A DNA stretch of 64,000 nt from an uncultured Alphaproteobacteria bacterium (GCA_902518505.1 CABYGG010000006.1:2313-66312); one strand, 5' to 3'; numbered from the stretch's first letter, positions 49,551-59,649 are shown. Notes: a model not told the origin generated them from the letters alone. Program-made: numbers and translations.

Positions 49551-49892
49551 TTATTTAATTGCCTCAGCGCCTCGTTCTCCTGTACGTATTCGGACAACTT
49601 CTTGCACTTCAGTTACAAAAATTTTGCCATCTCCAATTTTTCCTGATTTTACTGCTTCAGAAATTGTTGTGATGACTTTTTCGACGTCTGCAGAATCTAC
49701 TAAAACCTCTGCTCGAGATTTAGGAAGAAAATGTACCTCATATTCTGCGCCTCGGTACAGTTCGGTATGACCCTTCTGGCGCCCATATCCTTTAGCCTCA
49801 ACAATAGTTAAACCTTGGATATCCACACCTGTGAGTGCTTGTCTCAAAGCTTCAACTTTATCGGGCTTGATAATTGCTGTTATTAGTTTCAT
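49551..49892 (-). CDS. glnK: PII nitrogen regulator
   Basis: GYGRQKGHTELYRGAEY and GKIGDGKIFV motifs; directly upstream of amtB. Confidence 0.97.
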   Translation of the reverse strand: MKLITAIIKPDKVEALRQALTGVDIQGLTIVEAKGYGRQKGHTELYRGAEYEVHFLPKSRAEVLVDSADVEKVITTISEAVKSGKIGDGKIFVTEVQEVVRIRTGERGAEAIK

Positions 49893-50103
49893 AAATACCT
49901 CTCTTATTTTTGAGTTGAGAAACTTATAAATACTGAATCAAAAAAAAAATAATGCTAAGAAGTTAATGAAACTATGCATCTAGTGAATATCCCAGATTGT
50001 CCAATAAAATCAGTCATATTGGTAAAAAAAACATCAATAAATATGATTAAAATAATAAAAGGAGCAAGACTAAATCTTAGATCAATAAGCAAGTGTTTGT
50101 GAC

Positions 50104-50658
50104 TTAAAGAGGATTCTTCCAACCAACTTGATAGATTGCTTCATTCCTTCGAAGATTAGGCAATGTAAACGGACCATCATAAGTAGCTTTAATAGCGGGT
50201 CCAATTACTTCAATATTATCAGTAATTAACTCACTTTTTAAAACATCTCGGTGTTTATAAAAATTTTTATCGGAAGCAAAACCAGAATATCTAATTACTG
50301 CAAAATAACCTGGCTCAATTGAAGAAATTTTTACTGAATTATCTGATGGTAAAGGTATTTCATTTGGTTTGTATTTACTTGGTAAATAAAATTGCATAAC
50401 GTACTCGTTTTCAATTTGAGTAACATTCACTGGTGTGGTCATTGAAATTTTTTCACTTTGTTTATTATTGCCAGAAATATAATTAAAAAGTTTTCGAAAT
50501 CCATTATTTTGATTAGTGTATTGGGTTTGAACCACCAGACGCTCCTCATAAAATCTAATTTCATATGTATCTGTCTGATGAACTACTTTATAAGGCGATT
50601 CATTATAGGCCATCAAGTCTTGTACCACGAGTAATGTAAATAGTAAGTATTTAATCAT
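50104..50658 (-). CDS. SOUL family heme-binding protein
   Basis: YEIRFY, GFRKLFNYISGNN, KISMTTPV and RRNEA motifs. Confidence 0.88.
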   Translation of the reverse strand: MIKYLLFTLLVVQDLMAYNESPYKVVHQTDTYEIRFYEERLVVQTQYTNQNNGFRKLFNYISGNNKQSEKISMTTPVNVTQIENEYVMQFYLPSKYKPNEIPLPSDNSVKISSIEPGYFAVIRYSGFASDKNFYKHRDVLKSELITDNIEVIGPAIKATYDGPFTLPNLRRNEAIYQVGWKNPL

Positions 50659-51184
50659 TTAAAATTTGCTTTTCTTTATCAGAGACTCCCCATAATCTGT
50701 CATCTATGGGTATCCATCCTTTAATAGAGGATTTATTGCCCTCAGGTATACTTACTTTCACCATTGTTTCTTTTACCTCTAACAAGTTTACAATTTTTGG
50801 TGCAAGTATTACTCCTTTTTGAATAGTCATCCAAGACTCAGGGTCATAAGATTTCAATGCATACAGCTCAATATCCTCAAGTATCAGCAATGTTCTTTTT
50901 TTAGATAACTGATTGTGAGCAATCCAACCTTGTATTCCATTAAATAATTCAATGCGGTACCAGTCTGTATAAGAACTCCAACTATTTCTAAACTCTTCAA
51001 TAACCTTTACAGGCATATTTTCCTCTGTAAGGAGAAACTTCTCAGTTTGTTTATTCAAATCTTGATTTTCTGGATAGTGACGTAGCCAAGACTCATCATG
51101 AGCAAGAGATTTATAATATGGAATATGTTTATCAGAGTATGCGGTAAATGGGAGTACCAGAAACAAAAGCACTAACCTGATCAT
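50651..51184 (-). CDS. Secreted SH3-like domain protein
   Basis: Signal peptide from ATG 51184; WYRIELFNGIQGWI and KGWI...LWG patterns. Confidence 0.6.
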   Translation of the reverse strand: MIRLVLLFLVLPFTAYSDKHIPYYKSLAHDESWLRHYPENQDLNKQTEKFLLTEENMPVKVIEEFRNSWSSYTDWYRIELFNGIQGWIAHNQLSKKRTLLILEDIELYALKSYDPESWMTIQKGVILAPKIVNLLEVKETMVKVSIPEGNKSSIKGWIPIDDRLWGVSDKEKQILND

Positions 51185-51189
51185 TAATT

Positions 51190-52848
51190 TTATCTTTGTG
51201 AATTTTGCCAATTTGGATGGGTATAAGGCTGTAGATTTGATGGTGCTAAAAGAGGTTTTCCCAAAATATGATCTGAGGCTTTCTCACCCGTCATTATAGA
51301 TGGAGCATTAAGATTGCCATTACATATTTGAGGAAAAATTGATGAGTCTGCAAGAAATAAATTTGAAAAACCCTTTACTTTGCAATCGTTTAGAACGACA
51401 GAAGAAGGGTCATCTTCTTTTCCAATCTTGCAGGTACCACATGGATGATAAGCACTTTCACAATTATTTTTTATAAATTCGTCGAGACCTTCATCCGAAA
51501 CAACGTCATCACCAGGTTGAATTTCATCTCCTTTAAAAGGAACTAAGGCATCTTGACTTAGTATCTCTCTACTAAGTCTAAGTGATTTTCTAAAGTTTGG
51601 AAAATCATCTTCATGAGACATGTAATTGAATTTTATAGTTGGTGAATCAAATGGGTCACTAGATTTTAATTTTACAAAACCTCTAGATTTTGAACGCATT
51701 GGCCCTACATGCAATTGAAAACCGTGACCTTCGCTAGGCGCCTTTCCGTCATATCTAATTGCGACTGGAAGAAAATGAAATTGTATATCAGGATATGGTA
51801 TGTTTTTATCAGAGCGAATGAAACCAAGAGTTTCAAATTGGTTTGTTGCACCTGGCCCACTTTTAAGAAACATCCATTGCATGCCGATAAGTAATTTAGA
51901 AAAAGGATTTAAATATTTATTAAGTGTTACTGGTTGTAAACATTTGACTTGAAAATAAACTTCTAAATGATCTTGTAAGTTTTTACCAACACCTGGTAAG
52001 TTTTTAATAACCTTGATCCCCAAATTATTTAAATCATTGCCCTCTCCAATACCCGATCTTTGAAGAATTGTTGGACTATTGATAGCGCCAGCTGATAAAA
52101 CTACACCAATATTTGCACTAAAGGTTTTTTTTTGGCCCCGATGGTATACTTCAACTCCCTTAGCTTTGTCTTCTTGAAAAATTATTTTATCGACTAGAAC
52201 CTTTGTTATGAGTTGTACATTTTTTTTCGCTAATGCAGGCTTTAAATAAGCTTTTGCTGTTGAAAAACGAGAGCCTTTCCAAACGGTCATATCAGCTGGT
52301 CCAAAACCCTCCTGTCGAAAGCCATTGTAGTCATCAGTGTAGGTGTATCCCGCCTGCTCGGTAGCTTTTACAAAAGCATTGTGTAATGGGTTATCTCTTT
52401 TGCCATGAGTTATGTTTAGAGGACCTGATTTTCCTCTAAACTCTGAATTGCCTCCGTGGCTTGCTTCCATTCTTTGAAAATATGGAAGGACATCGGGATA
52501 ATCCCAACCTTTTGCACCACTTTCTGCCCATTGATTATAATCACCAGCATTACCCCTTACATAAATCATTCCATTAATTGACGAAGACCCTCCTATAACT
52601 TTACCTCTAGGGCACACGAGAGACCTACCATTTAAAGTAGGCTCGGGTTCTGCTTTATAGCCCCAATCGAATTTATTCATATTCATTGGGTATGAGAGTG
52701 CTGCAGGCATTTGTATAAAAGGACTATTGTCATTGCCGCCAAATTCTAATACTAGAATTTTTAATTGAGGGTTTTCCCCAAGTCTGTAAGCGATTGTAGA
52801 TCCTGCTGATCCAGAACCAATTACGATATAATCAGGTTTTTCAAACAT
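51190..52848 (-). CDS. betA: Choline dehydrogenase (GMC oxidoreductase)
   Basis: IGSGSAG, IQMPAALSYPMN, PRGKVIGGSSSINGM, YHPCGTC and GNLNAPSIM motifs. Confidence 0.93.
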   Translation of the reverse strand: MFEKPDYIVIGSGSAGSTIAYRLGENPQLKILVLEFGGNDNSPFIQMPAALSYPMNMNKFDWGYKAEPEPTLNGRSLVCPRGKVIGGSSSINGMIYVRGNAGDYNQWAESGAKGWDYPDVLPYFQRMEASHGGNSEFRGKSGPLNITHGKRDNPLHNAFVKATEQAGYTYTDDYNGFRQEGFGPADMTVWKGSRFSTAKAYLKPALAKKNVQLITKVLVDKIIFQEDKAKGVEVYHRGQKKTFSANIGVVLSAGAINSPTILQRSGIGEGNDLNNLGIKVIKNLPGVGKNLQDHLEVYFQVKCLQPVTLNKYLNPFSKLLIGMQWMFLKSGPGATNQFETLGFIRSDKNIPYPDIQFHFLPVAIRYDGKAPSEGHGFQLHVGPMRSKSRGFVKLKSSDPFDSPTIKFNYMSHEDDFPNFRKSLRLSREILSQDALVPFKGDEIQPGDDVVSDEGLDEFIKNNCESAYHPCGTCKIGKEDDPSSVVLNDCKVKGFSNLFLADSSIFPQICNGNLNAPSIMTGEKASDHILGKPLLAPSNLQPYTHPNWQNSQR

Positions 52849-52856
52849 AGATTAGT

Positions 52857-54290
52857 TCAATTTCTTCCTCTACTACCATGTTTTAAATAAACATTTTTTG
52901 CAAGTATTTTATGTTCTTGTGATTTGCGAATATCAAAAATTTTTTTTCTAGCATACTGAGAAGTTTCTTTAACATTTATTATTTCTTTTTGAAACTCATT
53001 ATCGAACAAATTTACGTTCAAACTTTTTTTTGGGGGATTATGAAAAAAAGCAGGTGGGAAATTTTTTACTTCAGGAATTTGTGACTTAATAAATTTACCG
53101 AGAGGATCTTGATCCATAGCTTGTTTATAAGGATTATACATTCTAATCGTATTGATACCGGTTGTACCTGATTGCATTTGTATTTGACTATAATGAATTC
53201 CAGGTTCAAAGTCTGTAAACAACGCTGCCAAGCGTGGCGCAAAATATCTCCAATCAAGCCATAAATTATAAGAAGCAAATGATGCTAACATTGCTCTCAT
53301 TCTAAAATTGATCCATCCATAATTTCTTAAATAAATCATACATGCATCGATAAAATGAACTCCGGTCTTACCTTCAATCCAAGCCTCTAATTTCTCTTCA
53401 TCTTTATCACGTATTTGATCATACACAGGAATAAAGCTTACATGTTCAATTGATGGCTGATCCTCTAATTTTTGAATAAAATGCGATCTCCAATATAACC
53501 TAGATAAAAATGAATTTATAGATTTAGCAAAATTTTTATTGGTATGCTTTATTAGATCTCTTTTTTTTTCGGCCTCTTGAAAAACTGTGCGGTGTGATAT
53601 TGTACCGTATGTCAAATGAGTTGATAATCTTGAGCAGCTTTTTTCAGCAGTTATCGGGCTAGACATCTCAAATTGATAATTTTCACCTCTTTTATTTAAA
53701 AAAGACTGAAGCAATTTTTCTGCTTCGACAGATCCACCCTTTTGCCTATATGGACATGGTGTTGAATCATAAAAAAATTTTGGTAATTCATGGTTTGTTA
53801 ATTCTAAATTAACTGATTGTTTTATAATGGGCAAATTAGACTTTTTAATAATCTCGTTTCCAAAATTTTTTGCCCATAGGTTTCTATCATGTTGTCCTCT
53901 TTTAACGCCTGGGTAAGAGCACTCAATCCAATCAATTTTATTTTGAAAAAAAAATTTTTTTAATTTTTTATCTCTTTGGTAAGTCCATTCAATACCTGTT
54001 TCTTGTTCGCTAATTACGCTTGAAAAGCTATGTTTATCTTTTAAAAACTTGAATATTTCAATCGCGTCACCAAAAAAGATATTTAAATATAAATTATTTT
54101 TTAATAATTGTCGTTTAAGGTCATTTACACTCTCTAATGTAAATTGCCATTGCCTTAAAGACATATCTTTTTGCTTCCACAGCTCGGGTTCTATAATGTA
54201 AATTAATATAGATCTTTTATTTTCATCAATAAGAATTTCATTGTCTTTAAATCTTAAATTCTTCTTAAACCAGACGATCCTATTTGACAT
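52857..54290 (-). CDS. Photolyase/cryptochrome family FAD-binding protein
   Basis: VWFKKNLR, SRLSTHL, WINFRMRAM, DFEPGIH and RMYNP motifs. Confidence 0.88.
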   Translation of the reverse strand: MSNRIVWFKKNLRFKDNEILIDENKRSILIYIIEPELWKQKDMSLRQWQFTLESVNDLKRQLLKNNLYLNIFFGDAIEIFKFLKDKHSFSSVISEQETGIEWTYQRDKKLKKFFFQNKIDWIECSYPGVKRGQHDRNLWAKNFGNEIIKKSNLPIIKQSVNLELTNHELPKFFYDSTPCPYRQKGGSVEAEKLLQSFLNKRGENYQFEMSSPITAEKSCSRLSTHLTYGTISHRTVFQEAEKKRDLIKHTNKNFAKSINSFLSRLYWRSHFIQKLEDQPSIEHVSFIPVYDQIRDKDEEKLEAWIEGKTGVHFIDACMIYLRNYGWINFRMRAMLASFASYNLWLDWRYFAPRLAALFTDFEPGIHYSQIQMQSGTTGINTIRMYNPYKQAMDQDPLGKFIKSQIPEVKNFPPAFFHNPPKKSLNVNLFDNEFQKEIINVKETSQYARKKIFDIRKSQEHKILAKNVYLKHGSRGRN

Positions 54291-54296
54291 CTGTTA

Positions 54297-55058
54297 CTAG
54301 TCTTTAATTTTGAAGCCTTTTGAAAATATATAAATAATTGCAGAAATATTTAGAATTAAAAAAGTAAATATCATAATCAAACTTGTTGTAATACTTACAT
54401 CAGCCATTTCATAAAAACTCCATCGAAAACCACTTACTAAGTAAAGAACTGGATTTACCAAAGAAACGTTCTGCCAGAACTCTGGTAACCAGTTGATTGA
54501 ATACAGCGAGCCGCCAAGAAATACAAGTGGAGATAAAATTAGTGTAGGAAATATTGATAGCTCCTCCCAATTTGATGACAACATCCCTATGAGAAAACCT
54601 AGTAAGCTAAAAGTTAAAGATGTTAAGACGAGCATTAAAATCATTGTAAAAGGATGCATAATATATATTTCAACAAAAAATAACCCTGTTGCTAATATTA
54701 AGCTTCCTAAAATTATTGATTTTGTAGTGGCCGCGCCAACAAAACCAATAACAATCTCTGTTGTTGATAGTGGGGCAGCATAAATTTCATTTATAGTTCC
54801 AAGAAATTTTGGAAAAAAGATACCTGAGGAAGCGTTTGAGACACTTTGTGTAAGTAAAGCTAACATTATCATACCAGGCACTATGAAAGAACCATATGAT
54901 ATATCTTCAATCACAGGGATGCGACTGCCGATTGCAGCACCGAAGACTACAAAATAAAGAGAGGATGATATCACAGGAGAAAATATACTTTGAACAGTTG
55001 TTCTTCTCATTCGATCCATTTCATGCAAGTAAATCGCCATTATGCCTGTCCAGTTCAT
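54297..55058 (-). CDS. ABC-2 type permease (YadH-like)
   Basis: LYFVVFG, FIVPG and NPVLYLVSGFRW motifs. Confidence 0.9.
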   Translation of the reverse strand: MNWTGIMAIYLHEMDRMRRTTVQSIFSPVISSSLYFVVFGAAIGSRIPVIEDISYGSFIVPGMIMLALLTQSVSNASSGIFFPKFLGTINEIYAAPLSTTEIVIGFVGAATTKSIILGSLILATGLFFVEIYIMHPFTMILMLVLTSLTFSLLGFLIGMLSSNWEELSIFPTLILSPLVFLGGSLYSINWLPEFWQNVSLVNPVLYLVSGFRWSFYEMADVSITTSLIMIFTFLILNISAIIYIFSKGFKIKD

Positions 55059-55984
55059 ACACTCTCCTCCAAAAGTTTTTCGAATATCGTCTCCAGCGAT
55101 GTCTGGGAGGAATTTAAATCTTTTAATTTTAGACCAGCTGTCTTTATGTCTTGAAGAAGTGCAGTAATACCAGTCGAAGATCCATGAGAGTCATATGAAT
55201 ATGTTAAAGAATTATTATTATTCATTTTTAAGTTATACGACTCTAAAGTAGATGGGATTTGACTAAAAGGCTCTTGAAATTCTATAGTTAAATTCTTTTG
55301 ACCCATTTTTCGCATTAAATCATTCTTATTATCAGTGATTATAATTTCGCCATTATTGATTACAGATACTCGATCAGATATAGCCTCAGCTTCTTCGATA
55401 TAATGAGTAGTAAGAATAATTGTTACTCCATTTTCTTTGAGTTCTTTCACTGCTCTCCACATATCTCTTCGCAAATTAATATCGACACCTGCAGTAGGCT
55501 CGTCAAGAAAAAGTATTTTTGGTTCATGACTCAATGCCTTTGCAATTAATGCTCTTTTCTTCATACCACCAGAGAGCTCACGAAGCTTACTATCTTTTTT
55601 ATCCCAAAGGCTGAGATCTTTAAGAATTTTTTCTATGTATGCAGGATCTTTTTTCTTACCATAAAGACCTCTTGTGTAAGAAACATTTTGAAAAACTTTT
55701 TCAAAGGCTTCTAAATGTAGTTCTTGAGGCACAAGACCAATCATCGATCGAGTTTTTCGGAAATCTTTAACAACATCATATCCATCAACTGAAATGGTTC
55801 CTGATGTAGGTAAGACTATCCCACATATGGCATTAATAAGTGTTGTTTTTCCAGCACCATTTGGACCAAGAAGTGCAAGAATTTCACCTCTTTGAATTTC
55901 TAAATTGACTCCTTTAAGGGCTTCTAAACCTCCTTGAAAAGTTTTTTTTAAATTATCAATTTTAATTAAGATATCTGCTGACAT
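55055..55984 (-). CDS. ABC-2 type ATPase (YadG-like)
   Basis: GPNGAGKTT, LSGGMKKR and LDEPTAGVD motifs. Confidence 0.92.
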   Translation of the reverse strand: MSADILIKIDNLKKTFQGGLEALKGVNLEIQRGEILALLGPNGAGKTTLINAICGIVLPTSGTISVDGYDVVKDFRKTRSMIGLVPQELHLEAFEKVFQNVSYTRGLYGKKKDPAYIEKILKDLSLWDKKDSKLRELSGGMKKRALIAKALSHEPKILFLDEPTAGVDINLRRDMWRAVKELKENGVTIILTTHYIEEAEAISDRVSVINNGEIIITDNKNDLMRKMGQKNLTIEFQEPFSQIPSTLESYNLKMNNNNSLTYSYDSHGSSTGITALLQDIKTAGLKLKDLNSSQTSLETIFEKLLEESV

Positions 55985-56021
55985 AATTAGATTGCGTACA
56001 GTATATTATAAGCAAATAACA

Positions 56022-56921
56022 TCAAGATAGTTTATCAGTAATCTTATTTTTTTTACTTTTTTCAATTAAGTAAGTGCTTATTAAAACAGCAATAAGGGCA
56101 ACAATAATTTTATAAGTTATTTTTTCGTTTAAAAAAAGATATCCAAATATCAAACCAAAAATTGGAATGATGTAGGCAACTTGTGATTGAAAAACTAAGC
56201 CGTTATTTTTAAGAATATAAAATCTCATTAACCAAGCTATCGCTGTCGCAACAATACCAAGATACAGAAGAGAAATTGTAGCATTAAGAGAGGGTCTCAA
56301 TTCTGTTGGATTTTCAAAAATGAACATAATTGGTAATAAAAGAATAACTGCCCAAATTAAAATACTTGATGTAAGTACTTCATTTTTTATATGTTTTAGC
56401 TTGAGTGAAAATAGTCCACCTATGGTGTAACAAACTGGACCCAAGATTACCATAAAAGCATAAAAGATATTTGACTGATTGATTAGAATGTTATCTGAAA
56501 ATAAATAAACGATACCAAGAAAGCCAATTAATATTCCAACAAATTTTAAAAGATTAATTTTTTCATTTTGAATAAATAAATGCCCTAAGATTGTTGCTGC
56601 AATAGGTGCCGTAGACATCAAGATTGCTGCTAGATTACTTTGAACCTTTAATATGCCGAATGAAATAAAAAAAAAGGGGAGAACTAAATTCACAAATCCT
56701 ATAGTTGCGTACCATAACCAATTCTCTCCAAATGCTTCAATTGAAATTTTTCTTATCCAACAGTAAACAAGCATTACTATTGCAGCAAAAAAAATTCTAC
56801 CAAAGGCAAGTGCCATTGGTGTATAGCTTTCTGAGGCAATTTTGATGTTAAAGAACGCACTTCCCCATATACCAGCTAATAAAAATAAAAGTAAAAAATC
56901 TTTAAAAGATGCTTTGTGCAT
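56022..56921 (-). CDS. DMT/EamA family transporter
   Basis: About 10 TM helices; IWGSAF, YIIPIFG. Confidence 0.85.
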   Translation of the reverse strand: MHKASFKDFLLLFLLAGIWGSAFFNIKIASESYTPMALAFGRIFFAAIVMLVYCWIRKISIEAFGENWLWYATIGFVNLVLPFFFISFGILKVQSNLAAILMSTAPIAATILGHLFIQNEKINLLKFVGILIGFLGIVYLFSDNILINQSNIFYAFMVILGPVCYTIGGLFSLKLKHIKNEVLTSSILIWAVILLLPIMFIFENPTELRPSLNATISLLYLGIVATAIAWLMRFYILKNNGLVFQSQVAYIIPIFGLIFGYLFLNEKITYKIIVALIAVLISTYLIEKSKKNKITDKLS

Positions 56922-57604
56922 TATATGAGAGTAAACTGAACACGTTTATTCATTTTTCCTTTACTCTCATACTTCATAAATTTGAATTCGCCAATTTCAT
57001 TTGTATTTGCTACGTGAGTTCCCCCACACGGTTGTAAATCAATATCTCCTATTTTAACAAGGCGAATTTTATCATTTGTTCTTGGCGGTTTAACTGACAA
57101 GGTTCGCACTAGTTCAGGTTTTTGATCTAGCTCATCATTTGTTATCCACTGATAAGAAATAGAATGAGATTGTTGAATAAATTCATTAATGATTTTATTT
57201 AAAGTTTCAAATTCAAATGTTTCTTCACCTAAATCAAAATCAATCCTACTTTTTTCTAAACCAATTGATCCTCCTGTAACATAATAAGGTAATGCTGCAC
57301 ACATTAAGTGCATTGTGGTGTGCATTTTCATTAAGCGATATCGATGATCCCAATCAATATGGCCTTTTATTTGCCCAGATAGATTTAGATTTTCTGAGTC
57401 AACAACATGGGCAATACCTAACTCATGTTTAACTGTGTTGATAACATTGAATTTTTTATCATTAATTTCAAGTACTCCCTTGTCTCCGGGTTGCCCACCA
57501 CTTTGAGCATAAAAAGAACTATCTTGAGTAATGATTTTGTCACTCTCGACTAATAAAATTTTTTCTTCAAAGCTCTTTGTATAACTATCTTTGAGATAAA
57601 TCAT
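56921..57604 (-). CDS. alaX: Free-standing alanyl-tRNA editing protein (AlaX)
   Basis: FYAQSGGQPGD, MHTTMHL (HxxxH) and QPCGGTHV (CxxxH) motifs. Confidence 0.9.
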   Translation of the reverse strand: MIYLKDSYTKSFEEKILLVESDKIITQDSSFYAQSGGQPGDKGVLEINDKKFNVINTVKHELGIAHVVDSENLNLSGQIKGHIDWDHRYRLMKMHTTMHLMCAALPYYVTGGSIGLEKSRIDFDLGEETFEFETLNKIINEFIQQSHSISYQWITNDELDQKPELVRTLSVKPPRTNDKIRLVKIGDIDLQPCGGTHVANTNEIGEFKFMKYESKGKMNKRVQFTLI

Positions 57605-57774
57605 TTTTTTGCTTCCTCTATCATAAAATCAACACAAGACTCTATACCTCCTTGTGTGTTGCTTTGTTTTTCACATTCCTCATAGTATTCATGGTATTCA
57701 AATGTCGAAGAAATATATAGGCCTAAACCAATAATGCCAAACACTGCAATACTATATAATATTTTTTTACCCAT
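57601..57774 (-). CDS. 57-aa membrane-anchored small protein
   Basis: Manual translation MGKKILYSIAVFGIIGLGLYISSTFEYHEYYEECEKQSNTQGGIESCVDFMIEEAKK*; starts 1 nt after the helicase stop, ATGA overlap with alaX. Confidence 0.7.
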   Translation of the reverse strand: MGKKILYSIAVFGIIGLGLYISSTFEYHEYYEECEKQSNTQGGIESCVDFMIEEAKK

Positions 57775-57775
57775 C

Positions 57776-59077
57776 TTAAATTAATCTGTCTTGGAAACCT
57801 ATCAATTGATTGTTAACAATGATATCTGATTTTTTAATAGGTCTTAGCAGTTCTATACCTTCCAAACTTATACATCTACTTAGTGCAACATAAAGTTGTC
57901 CTGGAGCAAAAGAACCTTGACTCATATCTATAATAACTTTTTCAAATGTTTGTCCCTGGCTTTTATGAATTGTAATTGCCCAAGCTAATCTCATTGGATA
58001 CTGTTTGAAAGATCCTGTTATTTCCTCTTGAACTTCTTGTTGATCATCATCATAGGTATATTGAATACGATCCCATTTTTCTTTTTTAACCTCATATATT
58101 TTATTATTGATTTTTACTTTTATTTTTTTTTGAGCGATATCATGAATTATACCAATGGATCCATTAACCCACCTTTTTTCAGGATCATTTTTAATCATAA
58201 TTACTTGGGCTCCTTTTTTTAATTTCAAGATTTCATCAGTGGGAAATAATTCTTTATAAAATTGGCCAGTAGCTTGTCCCCTGTAAGAAAACTCCTCCTG
58301 ATTTAACTGGCTTAAATATTTTTGATTAATGCTACTCGCTCGAGCATTAGTTGTAGTAAGTATGATTTTACCTTCATCCATCTCAATGTGATCAGTTAAA
58401 GAGTCGTGTATATTCTCGATCTGCGTGTGAGTAATTGAGCCATCTCTTACAGAGTTAAGCAAATGAATAAAATGGTCATCTTTTTGTCGATAAATATTAT
58501 GTAGTTCAAGTGTTTTAAATTGTGCGTCTTGGAAAATATTTGAGTGAAAGAAGAAATGACCTTTAGGATAAATGCGCTGTAGAAGTCCTGACTCATCCAT
58601 ATTCACAACTGGTGGTAGTTGAAATAAATCCCCAAAAACTATTAACTGAACTCCGCCAAATGGTTGTGTAAGTTTTTTTCTGTGAACACGAAGGCTATAA
58701 TCAATCGCATCAAAAACATCAGCACGAACCATAGATATCTCATCAATAATTAATGTTTCCAAATTTTGAAGAATTTCGATTTGTCTTACTTTTTTTATAT
58801 GTCGTGTTTGAATAACCTTTGGTGGAAAACCAAAAAATGAGTGAATAGTTTGTCCTTTAACTCGAATTGCAGCAACTCCTGTTGGAGCAAGAACAACTGT
58901 ATTCTTCTTTGTTATAGATCGAAAGTAGGCCAATAGTGTAGACTTACCACTACCTGCTTTACCAGTAATATAAAAATGATCTTTTGTGCTTTCTAGTTGC
59001 TCAATGATATTTTCAAATTCTTTACTGAGCTCGAAATCATCAGGTAGTAAACTATTATAATTTCGCTTATAGCTCAT
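57776..59077 (-). CDS. Pif1/RecD-like SF1B 5'-3' DNA helicase
   Basis: TGKAGSGKS, APTGVAA, IIDEISMV, GDLFQLPPV, AITIHKSQGQT and YVALSR motifs. Confidence 0.9.
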   Translation of the reverse strand: MSYKRNYNSLLPDDFELSKEFENIIEQLESTKDHFYITGKAGSGKSTLLAYFRSITKKNTVVLAPTGVAAIRVKGQTIHSFFGFPPKVIQTRHIKKVRQIEILQNLETLIIDEISMVRADVFDAIDYSLRVHRKKLTQPFGGVQLIVFGDLFQLPPVVNMDESGLLQRIYPKGHFFFHSNIFQDAQFKTLELHNIYRQKDDHFIHLLNSVRDGSITHTQIENIHDSLTDHIEMDEGKIILTTTNARASSINQKYLSQLNQEEFSYRGQATGQFYKELFPTDEILKLKKGAQVIMIKNDPEKRWVNGSIGIIHDIAQKKIKVKINNKIYEVKKEKWDRIQYTYDDDQQEVQEEITGSFKQYPMRLAWAITIHKSQGQTFEKVIIDMSQGSFAPGQLYVALSRCISLEGIELLRPIKKSDIIVNNQLIGFQDRLI

Positions 59078-59546
59078 CTATAATATTATTTAACATGTGA
59101 AAACATTCTTTCACTGTGCCTTTTTGAATTTGAATTCTAGAAAGTTTTGGATTGAAATTTAATTGTTCGATATAAACATTTTTTTTAAAATATAATCCGA
59201 TAAAAACTAAACCTACAGGTTTTGATTTAGTACCACCGTTTGGACCAGCTACACCTGTAGTTGAAAATGTTAGCTGACTTTTGGAAATTTTGTGCAAATG
59301 TAAACACATTTGAGCACATACTTGACGGCTGACTGCACCGTACCTTTTGATAGTACTTGGTTTGACTTTGAGATTTTTAATTTTTGAGTCATTTGAATAT
59401 GTTATCAAACCAGTTTTATAAATTTTAGATATACCAGACACAGCTGTAAATTCTGCTGCAAGCAAACCACCAGTACAAGATTCTGCTGTTGAAACTGATA
59501 TGTTTTTATCGAGTAAATATTTGATTGTTTTCGAAACAACGCTCAT
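59067..59546 (-). CDS. cinA: CinA C-terminal domain / NMN deamidase (PncC)
   Basis: TAESCTGG, YSNDSK, GAVS and TGVAGP motifs. Confidence 0.9.
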   Translation of the reverse strand: MSVVSKTIKYLLDKNISVSTAESCTGGLLAAEFTAVSGISKIYKTGLITYSNDSKIKNLKVKPSTIKRYGAVSRQVCAQMCLHLHKISKSQLTFSTTGVAGPNGGTKSKPVGLVFIGLYFKKNVYIEQLNFNPKLSRIQIQKGTVKECFHMLNNIIDEL

Positions 59547-59640
59547 AAGCTAGTTATACTTATTATAAGGACGAAGAAATAACAATGGTGCTTATTGGTA
59601 TAAAAAAAATGCATAATTAATCCCCATAATTCACAATAAA

Positions 59641-59649
59641 TGTGGATAA
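59641..59649 (-). promoter_or_regulatory. Perfect DnaA box
   Basis: TGTGGATAA, the reverse complement of TTATCCACA. Two degenerate boxes lie at 59618-59635. Confidence 0.45.
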
